Positions 41,099 to 50,462 of a stretch of 64,000 bases of DNA are shown here, piece after piece. The stretch is from an uncultured Candidatus Entotheonella sp. (GTDB lineage Bacteria > Tectomicrobia > Entotheonellia > Entotheonellales > Entotheonellaceae). The notes under the pieces were generated by a model, which did no database searches, was not told where the DNA came from, and was given only the letters and a program-made list of their open reading frames with translations. Position numbers and translations under genes: made by a program. Position 1 is the first letter of the stretch. Every line of letters begins with the position of its first letter. The stretch lies in the NCBI GenBank assembly GCA_965217185.1, contig OZ244252.1, forward strand, positions 3,200,001 through 3,264,000, in the 5' to 3' direction.

Positions 41099-41580
41099 CA
41101 GGCGCTGGCCTCCATGGTTTCGGCGGCGTCGAGAACCGCGCGCACGATCTTGTCGTAGCCCGTGCAGCGGCACAGATTGCCGGCCAGCCAGTAGCGCACC
41201 TCGTGCTCCGTCGGCTTGGGATTCTTTTCAAGCAACGCCTTGGACGCCATGATGAATCCGGGCGTGCAGATACCGCATTGCAGGGCGGCATGCTCCAGGA
41301 ACTTCTGCTGCAGCGGATGCAACTGGGCGGGGCTGGCGAGCCCTTCGATCGTATTCACCGACTTGCCGTCCACCTCGGCGGCCAGCACCAGGCAGGAGTC
41401 AACGAGCACGCCGTCAATCTGTAGGCTGCAGGCGCCGCAATTGCCGTTGCTGCAACCTTCTTTGGTACCCGTGAAGCCCAAGTCGTCACGCAGCACTTCC
41501 AACAGGCTCTGGCGCGAATCGCAAAGAAACTCCGCCGCCTCACCGTTCAGGGTCGTTTGTACGTGTATCCGTGTCGACAT
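41098..41580 (-). CDS. 2Fe-2S subunit (CoxS-like)
   Basis: GCSNGNCGAC, QCGICTPG, NLCRCTGY. Confidence 0.93.
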   Translation of the reverse strand: MSTRIHVQTTLNGEAAEFLCDSRQSLLEVLRDDLGFTGTKEGCSNGNCGACSLQIDGVLVDSCLVLAAEVDGKSVNTIEGLASPAQLHPLQQKFLEHAALQCGICTPGFIMASKALLEKNPKPTEHEVRYWLAGNLCRCTGYDKIVRAVLDAAETMEASA

Positions 41581-41583
41581 TCC

Positions 41584-42462
41584 TTAACTCTCCCCTCTCG
41601 CTCTGGACAACGCCCCTTGCAGCGTTCGCCGCGTCAGCACGCCAGTCAGGTGAATCCGTTGCTGTACCGTTCCGCGCATGTCGTTGATCGGGCGCGCGAT
41701 GCTTGCCGCGGCGCTCGCTGCGGCAGCGATGGTGTCGTCGGAAATGGGCTTGCCTACCAGGGCCGCCGCGGCTTCCACCGCCACCAGGGGCGTCGGCGCC
41801 ACAGCGGCCAAGGCGATTCGTGCATCCGTCACCGTGGACTTGTCGTCGCCCAGCACCAGGGACGAACCGACGCCGACCACCGCGATGTCCATCTCGTTGC
41901 GGGGGATGAAGCGCAGGTAATGAGCGCCGAAGTTGTTGGGCGGCGCCGGAACGCGCAGCGACAGCAGGAACTCGCCGTTTTCCAGAACGTTGCGCCCGGG
42001 TGCCGTGCAGAACTGCTCGACGGGAACCACGCGCTGCCCGTTCGGACCGGCAATCGCGCACATCGTGCGATGTGCGATCAACGTCGGAATGGAGTCGGCG
42101 GCAGGCGACGAGTTGCACAGGTTGCCGCCCACGGAAGCCCGACCTTGGATCTGGATGCCGCCGATCAGGGTGAAGGCATCCATCAGCCCAGGATAAGTCT
42201 TTGAGATGACGGGATCATTGTAAATCCGGTGGCAGGCTACGGCGGCCCCGAGGTGTAGGCCGTTTTGGGCATCGTAGGACAAGACGTTCGCTTCAGGAAT
42301 CTTCTTGACGTCGACGACCGTTTCGAGTTGCCGCCGTCCTTCACGAAGCTGCACGATGAGGTCGGTGCCCCCGGCCAACACGCGCGCTTGGTCGCCTTTG
42401 CTGGCCAGCAGGGAGACAGCTTCGTCTACCGTCTGCGCTGCGACATAGTCAAATGTTTGCAA
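41584..42462 (-). CDS. FAD-binding subunit (CoxM-like)
   Basis: LAGGTDL, ASVGGNLCNSSPAAD; TTG start behind GAAGGAG. Confidence 0.92.
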   Translation of the reverse strand: MQTFDYVAAQTVDEAVSLLASKGDQARVLAGGTDLIVQLREGRRQLETVVDVKKIPEANVLSYDAQNGLHLGAAVACHRIYNDPVISKTYPGLMDAFTLIGGIQIQGRASVGGNLCNSSPAADSIPTLIAHRTMCAIAGPNGQRVVPVEQFCTAPGRNVLENGEFLLSLRVPAPPNNFGAHYLRFIPRNEMDIAVVGVGSSLVLGDDKSTVTDARIALAAVAPTPLVAVEAAAALVGKPISDDTIAAAASAAASIARPINDMRGTVQQRIHLTGVLTRRTLQGALSRARGES

Positions 42463-42712
42463 GTGCTTATCTCCTTCAATAGTAAGCTTTGCACGGAAAT
42501 CCCCCCGCAACTCGCCTCATCCGTCTCACTACGGGTTCTGTAGGAAGTGAATGGTTCGTCGTGCAATATGACGTGGGAGAGCGTAGGACTTGCAGTCTCC
42601 TTAACGAGAATAGACGCCAGATTATCACAGGGCCGTTTGTACCGTCAATGCTGGAAAGAGGGGGCGAATCGGTGTGCTACAATAGGGCCTTAATGGACAT
42701 TTTCAGGCGAAT

Positions 42713-42852
42713 TCCCCCTCACCCCAACCCTCTCCCACACCAAGGGAGAGGGGGCAAAACCCGCTTCTGTGAGGGAGTAAAGCCCTTACGTGGGGAGCGT
42801 CAACTCTCCCTCACCCTCCCCCCTCCGCGGGGGAGGGTGAGGGAGAGGGGGG
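42713..42852 (+). repeat. BoxC-like repeat doublet upstream of dctP
   Basis: Type A CCCCCTCACCCCAACCCTCTCCC..GGGAGAGGGG, spacer containing CGTGGGGAG, inverted type B. Confidence 0.78.
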
Positions 42853-42892
42853 TGCGACCCGGCCATTACCAACCAGAAGGATACGCGAGGTC

Positions 42893-44023
42893 ATGAAACC
42901 AGACACCAACGGCGGCGCGCCCAAGGCCAGCAATCGGCGCACGTTTCTGCGCACCGTTGCCGCCGCGGGCGGCGCCGCGGTGCTCGCGGCGCCCCACGTT
43001 CGCAACGCCGAGGCGGCCCGCAGCCAAGTATGGAAGGTACAATCAACCTGGGACGCCGGCACCACCGGCTACCGGCTGTTCGAGGAATGGGCCAAGAGCT
43101 TTCAGGAGAAGTCGGACGGCGAGCTGGAAATGCGGCCGTTTCCGGCCAAGGCAGTGGCGGCCGACAACAACGCCCTGTTCGACGCCGTGCGCACCGGCGT
43201 GCTGCAGGGCATGAACCCCTTCACGTTGTACTGGTCGGGCAAAATTCCCGCCTCCGTGTTCCTGTCGTCATATCCCGCCGGTCCCGATCAGGCGTCGCAG
43301 TGGGACACCATGTTCTATGGCCTCGGCCTGCTGGAGATGACGCGCGAGATCTACGCAAAGTTCGGCTTGTTCTACGTCGGCCCGATTCAGCACGACGCCA
43401 ATATCATTCACTCCAAGCAGCCGGTGGATAGCCTGGAACAGTTGCAGGGCATGAAGATCCGTCTGCCCGGCGGCATGGTGGCGGAAGTGTTCGAGAAGTT
43501 CGGCGTCAGCACCACCAGCATGCCCGGCTCGGATATCTACCCGGCACTGGAGAAGGGCACCATCGACGCCGCCGATTACGTCGGTCCCGCCATCAACTGG
43601 GACCTCGGCTTTGCTGAAGTCACCAACTACATCATCTGCATGGGCCCGCCGGGGCAAACTTCCCTGTATCAACCCGTCGACCTGATGGACCTCACCGTCA
43701 ACATGGGTGCCTGGAAGCGCCTGCCGGAGAAGCTGCAACGCTTCGTCGAGGAGCAGGTGCAGACCTATTCGGTGCACCATTTCGTTACCATCCAGGAGGC
43801 CGACCTGAAGGCCATGACGCAATTCCTGGAAGCGGGGACAACGGTGTCGCGGCTTCCCGCCGATGACGTGAAGCGCTTCCGCCAGGCTGCCATTCCGGTG
43901 TGGTACAAGTGGGCGACCCTGAACGACGACGCCAAGCGGGTCTTCAAGCTGCAGCTCGACTACATGCTGAACCCGTACATGGGTTACGTGTCGCCGGACG
44001 ACGTCGCGGGCCTCAGCCTGTAG
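42893..44023 (+). CDS. dctP: TRAP transporter substrate-binding protein, lactate/alpha-keto acid type, Tat signal
   Basis: NRRTFL signal; WDAGT, GMNPFTLYW, GPIQHD, QPVDLMD recalled as typical of the Thermus lactate-binding TRAP protein. Confidence 0.88.
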   Translation: MKPDTNGGAPKASNRRTFLRTVAAAGGAAVLAAPHVRNAEAARSQVWKVQSTWDAGTTGYRLFEEWAKSFQEKSDGELEMRPFPAKAVAADNNALFDAVRTGVLQGMNPFTLYWSGKIPASVFLSSYPAGPDQASQWDTMFYGLGLLEMTREIYAKFGLFYVGPIQHDANIIHSKQPVDSLEQLQGMKIRLPGGMVAEVFEKFGVSTTSMPGSDIYPALEKGTIDAADYVGPAINWDLGFAEVTNYIICMGPPGQTSLYQPVDLMDLTVNMGAWKRLPEKLQRFVEEQVQTYSVHHFVTIQEADLKAMTQFLEAGTTVSRLPADDVKRFRQAAIPVWYKWATLNDDAKRVFKLQLDYMLNPYMGYVSPDDVAGLSL

Positions 44024-44060
44024 AAAAGTGTCGGATCAAAACGGCTCGTAGTCCGGGAGT

Positions 44061-44188
44061 TCCCCCTCACCCCAACCCTCTCCCACCAGGGGAGAGGGAG
44101 CAAAGTCCCTGGGCGCCCGGACCCTGCTGGGTCGGCGGATACGGTCCCCTCCCCCCCGACGTGGGGGAGGGCTAGGGAAGGGAGGGGG
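44061..44188 (+). repeat. BoxC-like repeat doublet downstream of dctP
   Basis: TCCCCCTCACCCCAACCCTCTCCCACCAGGGGAGAGGGAG, spacer, GGTCCCCTCCCCCC..GGGGGAGGGCTAGGG. Confidence 0.8.
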
Positions 44189-44248
44189 CATAAGGCCGGT
44201 ATCTCCTGGGTGCAATCCAGAAACGGAAATGTTCAAGCAGGAGCCATC

Positions 44249-44899
44249 ATGTCGGAGTCGGCAAATTTCGTCATGCCGCACTGGCTTTACTGGGTCTGGC
44301 TGATCGTCATGCCGCCGCTGTTCATGCTGGTGACACGGCGCCGCGGCGGTGAGGCGGAGACTCCTCAGGAAGAAGATTGTCTCGCGCCGGGCAACCGCCT
44401 GACCCGCGTGCTGGATTGGCTGAGCGAGCAATCCGGCGTGTTCGTGGCCTTGTGGACGGTGAACGCGGTGTGCGCCTACTTCTTCGAGGTGGTGTCGCGG
44501 TACATCTTCAACGCCCCCACCATCTGGGTGCACCAGGCGTCGTACCTGATGTTCGGCATGCAGTACTTGCTGGCCGGTGGCTTTGCCCTCCTGCACGGCG
44601 ACCACGTGCGGGTGGACGTGCTCTACGTCAAGCTGCCCAAGCGCGGCCGAGCGGGTGCGGACGTGTTCACCTCCGTTTTCTTTTTCATCTGCGCGCTGGC
44701 CCTGCTGGGCAGTTCCTGGCGCTTCTTCGTGGACGCCGTCGGCATGTTCGAGGTAACCGAGGAGACGTGGCGCGTGCAGTTGTATCCCGTCAAGGGTGCG
44801 ATGGTCCTGGGCGCCGTGCTGCTCGTCCTGGCCGGCCTGTCGAAGCTGCTCAAGGACCTGCAGTTGTTCCGCCGTGTGGAAGAGGCCGGGCGCCCATGA
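44249..44899 (+). CDS. dctQ: TRAP small permease
   Basis: EVVSRYIFNAPTIW, HVRVDVLY. Confidence 0.88.
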   Translation: MSESANFVMPHWLYWVWLIVMPPLFMLVTRRRGGEAETPQEEDCLAPGNRLTRVLDWLSEQSGVFVALWTVNAVCAYFFEVVSRYIFNAPTIWVHQASYLMFGMQYLLAGGFALLHGDHVRVDVLYVKLPKRGRAGADVFTSVFFFICALALLGSSWRFFVDAVGMFEVTEETWRVQLYPVKGAMVLGAVLLVLAGLSKLLKDLQLFRRVEEAGRP

Positions 44900-46437
44900 A
44901 TACGCCAACCGCCACAGCTACCCGCGGGCGCGGCGCGTGGGGCCGTCTATGGTCCGGCCTCACGGTGATTGCGGCCATCGCGCTGGCGTTCATCACCTGC
45001 GTCGAGCTTGTCAATTCACTGTTTTACGACCCGTACGGCGACGAACGCTTCCTGTTCACCTTCGCCGAGGTGCTGGCCAACGTCAGCATCAGCCATCTGA
45101 CGTTCTTCATGTTCGGCTCCCTGGCCCTGCTGCTGATGATGGGCCTGCCGATGGCGTTCGTGGTCGGCGGACTGGGGGTCGTCTTCATTTATCTGGTCGG
45201 CGGCCCGACCATGATCAACATCATCCCCGTACGCATCTATCCCCTGATGGCCAACCCCGACTTGGCGGCCATCCCGCTCTTCATCTTCATGGCCTCGATG
45301 CTCGAACGCGCCGGGCTGATCGAGGAGATGTTCGACGTCGTCTACAAGTGGATGGGTGGCCTGCGGGGCGGCCTGGCGGCGGCCACCATCATCGCGTCCA
45401 CCATTCTGGCGGCCATGGTGGGGGTGATCGGCGCCGCGGTGGTAACCATGGGCATCATCGCCCTGCCGGCCATGCTGCGGCGCAATTACGACCACAAGAT
45501 CGCCCTCGGCTCGATCATGGCCGGCGGCACCCTCGGCATCCTCATCCCGCCGTCCATCCTGGCCATTCTCTACGCCGTGGTGGCGCAGCAATCGGTGGGC
45601 CGGCTCTATCTGGGCTCGGTGGTGCCTGGCCTGATGTTGTCCAGCATGTATATCGGCTATATCATCCTGCGCTCGTGGATCAACCCGAGCCTCGGCCCGG
45701 CGCTGCCCAAGGAAGAGCGGGTCAACCTGCGCGAGAAGCTGCGCCTGCTGCTGAATCTGATCGCGCCGATCTTTCTGGTCTTCCTCGTCCTGGGCCTGCT
45801 CTTCGGCGGCATCGCCACACCGGTCGAGGCGGCGGGCATCGGCTCGTTCGGCGCCATGATCGTCGCCGCCATGCACAAGCGCTTCAGCCTGCAGGCGCTG
45901 CGCGAGGCGTCCATCACCACGGCGCGGGCCTCGGCCATGGTGCTGTGGATCATGTTCGGCGCTTCCATCTTCGTCGGCTTCTTCATCCTGCAGGGTGGCC
46001 GGGAATTCATCACCGACGGCATCCTCGGCACCGGGCTGAGTCCCTACGGCATCCTGCTCCTCATGATGGTCATGCTGGTGTTCCTCGGCATGTTCCTGGA
46101 CTGGGTAGGCATTCTGCTCCTCACGGTGCCCATCTTCGTGCCGATCGTCGAATCCATGGCCTTCGACGGAATTCTGGGCGGCCCGGGAGTGGACGGCAGG
46201 GACGAGATCCTGTGGTTCGGGGTGCTGTATCTGGTGAACATGCAGATGTCCTTCCTCAGCCCGCCGTTCGGCTACGCCCTGTTCTACCTGCGCGGCGTCA
46301 GCCCGCCCGAAATCACCATGGCGACCATTTTCAAGGCGTCGCTGATCTTCCTGACCCTGCAAGCCGTGGCTCTGTACCTGTGCGTGCAATTTCCGTGGAT
46401 CGTCACTTGGTTGCCGCACGCGATTTACGGGAATTGA
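44896..46437 (+). CDS. dctM: TRAP large permease
   Basis: AIPLFIFMA, GGTLGILIPPS, SPPFGYALFYL; ATGA overlap with dctQ. Confidence 0.92.
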   Translation: MNTPTATATRGRGAWGRLWSGLTVIAAIALAFITCVELVNSLFYDPYGDERFLFTFAEVLANVSISHLTFFMFGSLALLLMMGLPMAFVVGGLGVVFIYLVGGPTMINIIPVRIYPLMANPDLAAIPLFIFMASMLERAGLIEEMFDVVYKWMGGLRGGLAAATIIASTILAAMVGVIGAAVVTMGIIALPAMLRRNYDHKIALGSIMAGGTLGILIPPSILAILYAVVAQQSVGRLYLGSVVPGLMLSSMYIGYIILRSWINPSLGPALPKEERVNLREKLRLLLNLIAPIFLVFLVLGLLFGGIATPVEAAGIGSFGAMIVAAMHKRFSLQALREASITTARASAMVLWIMFGASIFVGFFILQGGREFITDGILGTGLSPYGILLLMMVMLVFLGMFLDWVGILLLTVPIFVPIVESMAFDGILGGPGVDGRDEILWFGVLYLVNMQMSFLSPPFGYALFYLRGVSPPEITMATIFKASLIFLTLQAVALYLCVQFPWIVTWLPHAIYGN

Positions 46438-46443
46438 TCCCAC

Positions 46444-47055
46444 ATGCTGCGGCGTCTCGAGCAGCACGTCGGCGTCCTGCGGACCTGCCGCCGGTGCCCC
46501 GCCATGCAGTCCGCTCCCGTCACCGGTGCGGCGGTGGTCAGCCGGGTGATGCTGGTCGGCCAAGCGCCCGGCGACAAAGAGCCGGCGCTGCAACGGCCGT
46601 TCGCATGGACGGCCGGCAAAGCGATGTTCAAATGGTTCCAGGAGGCCTGCGGCATTGACGAAGCCGCGTTCCGCTCGCGCGTCTACATGACCGCCGTATG
46701 CCGGTGCTTTCCCGGCAAAAAGCCGCGCGGCGGCGACCGCGTTCCCAACCCCGGGGAAATCGCCAACTGCTCACGCTGGCTGCAAGCCGAAATGACCCTC
46801 CTCAAACCCGCGCTGGTGATTCCCGTCGGCAAGCTCGCCATCGCCCAGTTCATGACCTATAGCAATATGGAAACCCATGTCGGCCGGCAGACCCGCTGCA
46901 CCTACGCGGATCACACCTTCGACGCCATCCCGCTGCCACACCCCTCCGGCGCCTCGCCCTGGCCGCGTGTCGAACCCGGCAAGACACTGCTGCGCACGGC
47001 GATGCAATTGATCGCCGCGCACCCGGCGTGGCGCCATCAGACGGCGACCGGTTGA
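46444..47055 (+). CDS. Uracil-DNA glycosylase family protein
   Basis: CRRC, VGQAPG, VCRCFPG, IANC, LPHPSG. Confidence 0.85.
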   Translation: MLRRLEQHVGVLRTCRRCPAMQSAPVTGAAVVSRVMLVGQAPGDKEPALQRPFAWTAGKAMFKWFQEACGIDEAAFRSRVYMTAVCRCFPGKKPRGGDRVPNPGEIANCSRWLQAEMTLLKPALVIPVGKLAIAQFMTYSNMETHVGRQTRCTYADHTFDAIPLPHPSGASPWPRVEPGKTLLRTAMQLIAAHPAWRHQTATG

Positions 47056-47100
47056 GGAACGACCTGCCCGGAAGCTATCATGGCTGTCGGGGGAATTACT

Positions 47101-47142
47101 GCTCCCTCTCCCTTGGAGGGAGAGGGTCGGGGTGAGGGGGAA
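47101..47142 (-). repeat. BoxC-like REP, type A single inverted copy
   Basis: GCTCCCTCTCCCTTGGAGGGAGAGGGTCGGGGTGAGGGGGAA. Confidence 0.8.
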
Positions 47143-47167
47143 AGCCAAGTGAAAGAAGGAGAAGTTT

Positions 47168-48082
47168 ATGGTGGACCGTATTGCTTCCCTGCTGCCGAGC
47201 AGCACGGAAATCGTCTGTGCGCTGGGTTTGCGGGAGCGCTTGGTGGGCGTCTCGCACGAATGCGATTACCCCACTGACGTGGTGGGCCTGCCGGTGTTGA
47301 CCGAGCCGAAGCTGGACCCTCGCGGCACCAGCGGCGATATCGATGCGCGGGTGCAGGAGATCGTGCAGGAGGGGCTGAGCGTCTATCGTCTGAATACCGA
47401 CGCGTTGCAAGATCTGAAGCCGGAGGTCATCGTCACACAGGACCAGTGCGAGGTGTGCGCTGTTTCCCTGCCCGACGTCGAAGACGCGGTGCAGTCCTTT
47501 TTGACACCGGACGTCAAGGTCGTGTCGCTCAACCCGGAGAAGCTCAGTGACATCTGGCGGGATATCCGCAACGTCGCCGCCGCCACCGGCCGGCAGGAAA
47601 TCGCCGACAGCCTGATCCGAGGTCTGGAAGAACGCCTCGGGAACCTAAAGGATAAGACGCGGCACCTGCCGCGCCCGCGCGTTGCCTGCCTGGAATGGCT
47701 CGATCCTCTGATGGCCGCAGGCAACTGGATTCCCGAACTGGTAGACCTGGCGGGCGGCGAGTACGGCCTCGTCGAGGCTGGGGCGCATACGCCGCCCATT
47801 ACCTGGGATACCCTGGCCGCCTACCAACCGGAGGTGATCGTGATCACGCCGTGCGGGTTCAAAATCCCGCAGTCGCAGGCGGACCTGCCGCTGCTAACGT
47901 CACATCCCCAGTGGCAGACGTTGCCGGCGGTGCAAGCGAACCGGGTGTACGTGGCGGACGGTAATGCCTATTACAACCGCCCCGGCCCGCGCATCGTGGA
48001 GAGCGCGGAAATCCTCGCCGAGATGCTGCATCCCGAGGCCTGCGCCGGCATGGCGGTGCCGGGGTCGTACGTGCGGGTCTGA
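47168..48082 (+). CDS. BtuF-like cobalamin/helical-backbone binding protein without signal peptide
   Basis: RIASLLPSSTEIVCALG, GVSHECDYP, TQDQCEVCAV, NRPGPRIVES. Confidence 0.85.
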   Translation: MVDRIASLLPSSTEIVCALGLRERLVGVSHECDYPTDVVGLPVLTEPKLDPRGTSGDIDARVQEIVQEGLSVYRLNTDALQDLKPEVIVTQDQCEVCAVSLPDVEDAVQSFLTPDVKVVSLNPEKLSDIWRDIRNVAAATGRQEIADSLIRGLEERLGNLKDKTRHLPRPRVACLEWLDPLMAAGNWIPELVDLAGGEYGLVEAGAHTPPITWDTLAAYQPEVIVITPCGFKIPQSQADLPLLTSHPQWQTLPAVQANRVYVADGNAYYNRPGPRIVESAEILAEMLHPEACAGMAVPGSYVRV

Positions 48083-48167
48083 GCAGATGTTGACAGCCGG
48101 CAGGGCCTCTCATAGACCAGCATCTACCCGCTATCGCGCCACAACTCGACGTGGCTGAACACGCCTC

Positions 48168-49310
48168 TTATGGATCATCTGGATCAATTTGTTTATGGAA
48201 CTTCTTTTCACCGTTCTCGATGGTGAGAATAACGGCGTTTTTGGCTGGATGGCGGTTGTCGTCATACCCCGCGATTCGGGTGGCGCCGGTGTAGTCGGTG
48301 GCTTTCAATTGCTCCCGAATCGCCTCGGGGTCAAGACTATCCGCCCGCTCGATGGCTTCGAAAAGTAACTTGACCGCGTCGTAGTTCACGGCGTCTCCCC
48401 CGCTTGGCACAGCCCCGTACGCGGCTTGGTAATCCTCGATGAACGCCTGCGCGGTCGGTTCATCGGTGTCGGGCGAAAAGTGGGTCGTGAAAAAGCTTCC
48501 CTCCAGTTCGGCTTCTTCGTTGGCTAACAGGATCTCGCTATCCCATGTGTCCGTTCCGAGAAACAGTGTCGGCTCTCCAGCAGCATTCAGCAATGGAATT
48601 GCCCTTGCTTGCTGAGTGATCGCACCAATCTCCTGGATAAAGCTGGATATGAAAAACGCGTCAGGTTGCATATCTGCAATGCGGGTCAGTTGTTCGGTGA
48701 AATCCGTGGTCCCGTCGTCGTAGAACGCATCCGCAACCACGTCCCCACCCAACTCGCGGAAGTTCGCCGCAAAGAATTCCGATATTCCCTCCGTGTAGAC
48801 GTCGTCGCTCAGCGTCAGCAGGGCAACGGTGCGCACACCAAGGTCCGCACTCGCAAACTGCGCCATGACGCGGCCTTGAAAGGTGTCCGTGACGGACGCC
48901 ATGAAGACGAAATCGCCGGCGTTCGTGACGCGGGGATTGCTTGCGGAAGTGGTTACCATCGGCACGCCATACCGTTACGCAAGTGGACCGACCTCAACGG
49001 CGTGCGTAGACCGGTTGGGCCCGATGAGAGCGATGACGCGGTCTTCAAGAATCATGTCCTCGGCGGTCTGAACCGACAGCGGAAGCAATGCCTCCGTGTT
49101 AACGAGGCTCACCAATTCCACGGGCGCGCCGAACAGTCCCCCGCGCTCGTTGATTTCATCCACGGCCAACTGGGCGGAGCGCAGATAGGTCGGGCGCTCA
49201 CCTACGACAATAAAACCGACTTTGACCGGTTGTGCCTGTTCCGAGTCACAACCCATGAGGGTCACGATCAAGGCAAGCACACCCACCATTGCCAGACACG
49301 GACGTTTCAT
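48168..49310 (-). pseudogene. LivJ-type ABC substrate-binding lipoprotein with an internal stop
   Basis: Lipobox LMGC and AVDEINERGG; ORFs 48975-49310 and 48168-48965 are in one frame separated by TAA at 48975-48977. Confidence 0.82.
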
Positions 49311-49369
49311 GATCTTCTGACCCCTTCACATTTTTGTCTGATTCGATCTCTCCTCTGACAATGCAGACA

Positions 49370-50119
49370 TTACGACAGTAGAAATTCTACCAACAACTCG
49401 TTGAATGCCTCTGCATAATAGAGATGAATGTCGTGTCTCCCGTCCGGAAACACGTGCAGACGCGATCCTGCGATCCCCTGCTGCAAGAATTGCGCATGAA
49501 ACAGCGGCACCAGGGGGTCCTTACCGCCATGTAGCAGAAAGGTGGGGCACGCGATTTCCGCCAGACGCTCCCGGCACAAATCCCCGCCTGCTTTCAGAAA
49601 CCTCTGCTGCGCGTCACACCAGCGCGTCCATAGCGCCTGGAAATCATCGCCATACATCGCCCGCATCGGCGCTGCCGCGCGGGGGGCCCAATCTGCCACG
49701 CAGCGCGTCGTCTCATAGGCGTCGATGTCCTCCTGAGTGGCATACGCATTGCCGCCCCAGATGGCCATCCGGGTCACCCGCTGCGGGTAGGCCAGCGTCA
49801 GCAGCAGGCTCGCATTCGCGCCGTCGCTCCATCCACCGACGGCGTAGGTCGAGCAACCCAGCGTCTCCATCAGCGCCGCGAAATCGTGCGCGTCCTGTTG
49901 ATAAAAATCCGGCGGAAACTCGCGCTCGGGCGGACGAGATTTGCCATAGCCGCGCGGGTCGGGCGCCACAACACGTAATCCGCGCCGCGGGAGCGCTTCC
50001 AATTGCGGCGCGAAATCGGACTGCCCGCTTCCGAGCGCACCGGGCAGCAGGAGCAAGGGCAGCCCCTCCCCGAGGTCTTCATAGTAGAGTCTGACGCCGC
50101 GGATGTCTGCGTAAGGCAT
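49370..50119 (-). CDS. Alpha/beta hydrolase, valacyclovir hydrolase (BPHL)-like
   Basis: LPGALGSGQSDF, DPRGYGKSRPP, GWSDG, WGGNAY, HGGKDPLVP, GRHDIH. Confidence 0.82.
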   Translation of the reverse strand: MPYADIRGVRLYYEDLGEGLPLLLLPGALGSGQSDFAPQLEALPRRGLRVVAPDPRGYGKSRPPEREFPPDFYQQDAHDFAALMETLGCSTYAVGGWSDGANASLLLTLAYPQRVTRMAIWGGNAYATQEDIDAYETTRCVADWAPRAAAPMRAMYGDDFQALWTRWCDAQQRFLKAGGDLCRERLAEIACPTFLLHGGKDPLVPLFHAQFLQQGIAGSRLHVFPDGRHDIHLYYAEAFNELLVEFLLS

Positions 50120-50334
50120 ACGTCCTCCGCACGGCGGCTTCACCCGCCGTGGTCAAGGTGGGATAACAGGATCAGGCAAATTCGAGGCTCTGCGCCTGCC
50201 CGACTAGCGCTGACATGGCCAATGCGGTTCTATTCTACGCAAGGCGGGGCATGCAGGAAATCATCGGATTCTTATCGGTGGGGCCGGACTGAGACCAGAG
50301 GACGGAGAACGAGGCGAGGTGACGACAAAATGGA

Positions 50335-50366
50335 ATGTCGGATTACGCTTCGCTAATCCGACCTAC
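50335..50366 (-). repeat. GTAG-family REP
   Basis: ATGTCGGATTACGCTTCGCTAATCCGACCTAC, exact reverse complement of 52836-52867. Confidence 0.85.
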
Positions 50367-50462
50367 GTATTTGCGGCAGCCACCCAAAGCGGGCGGATTT
50401 TAATGCCGCCCCCTGCTTGCGGAGCAGGGCGCCGGGCACGCCCTGCCCCAATCCGCACCGAT

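Noticed and set aside
35791..47142. Recurrent GC-rich repeats as a CRISPR array
   Set aside because: Copies are dispersed, degenerate and palindromic, with no regular repeat-spacer period and no cas genes
47056..47167. Cobalamin riboswitch upstream of the BtuF-like gene
   Set aside because: The short intergenic region is mostly a BoxC-like repeat and I see no B12-box
48975..48977. Programmed stop-codon recoding
   Set aside because: The codon is TAA, not TGA (Sec) or TAG (Pyl), and other genes use TAA as a normal stop
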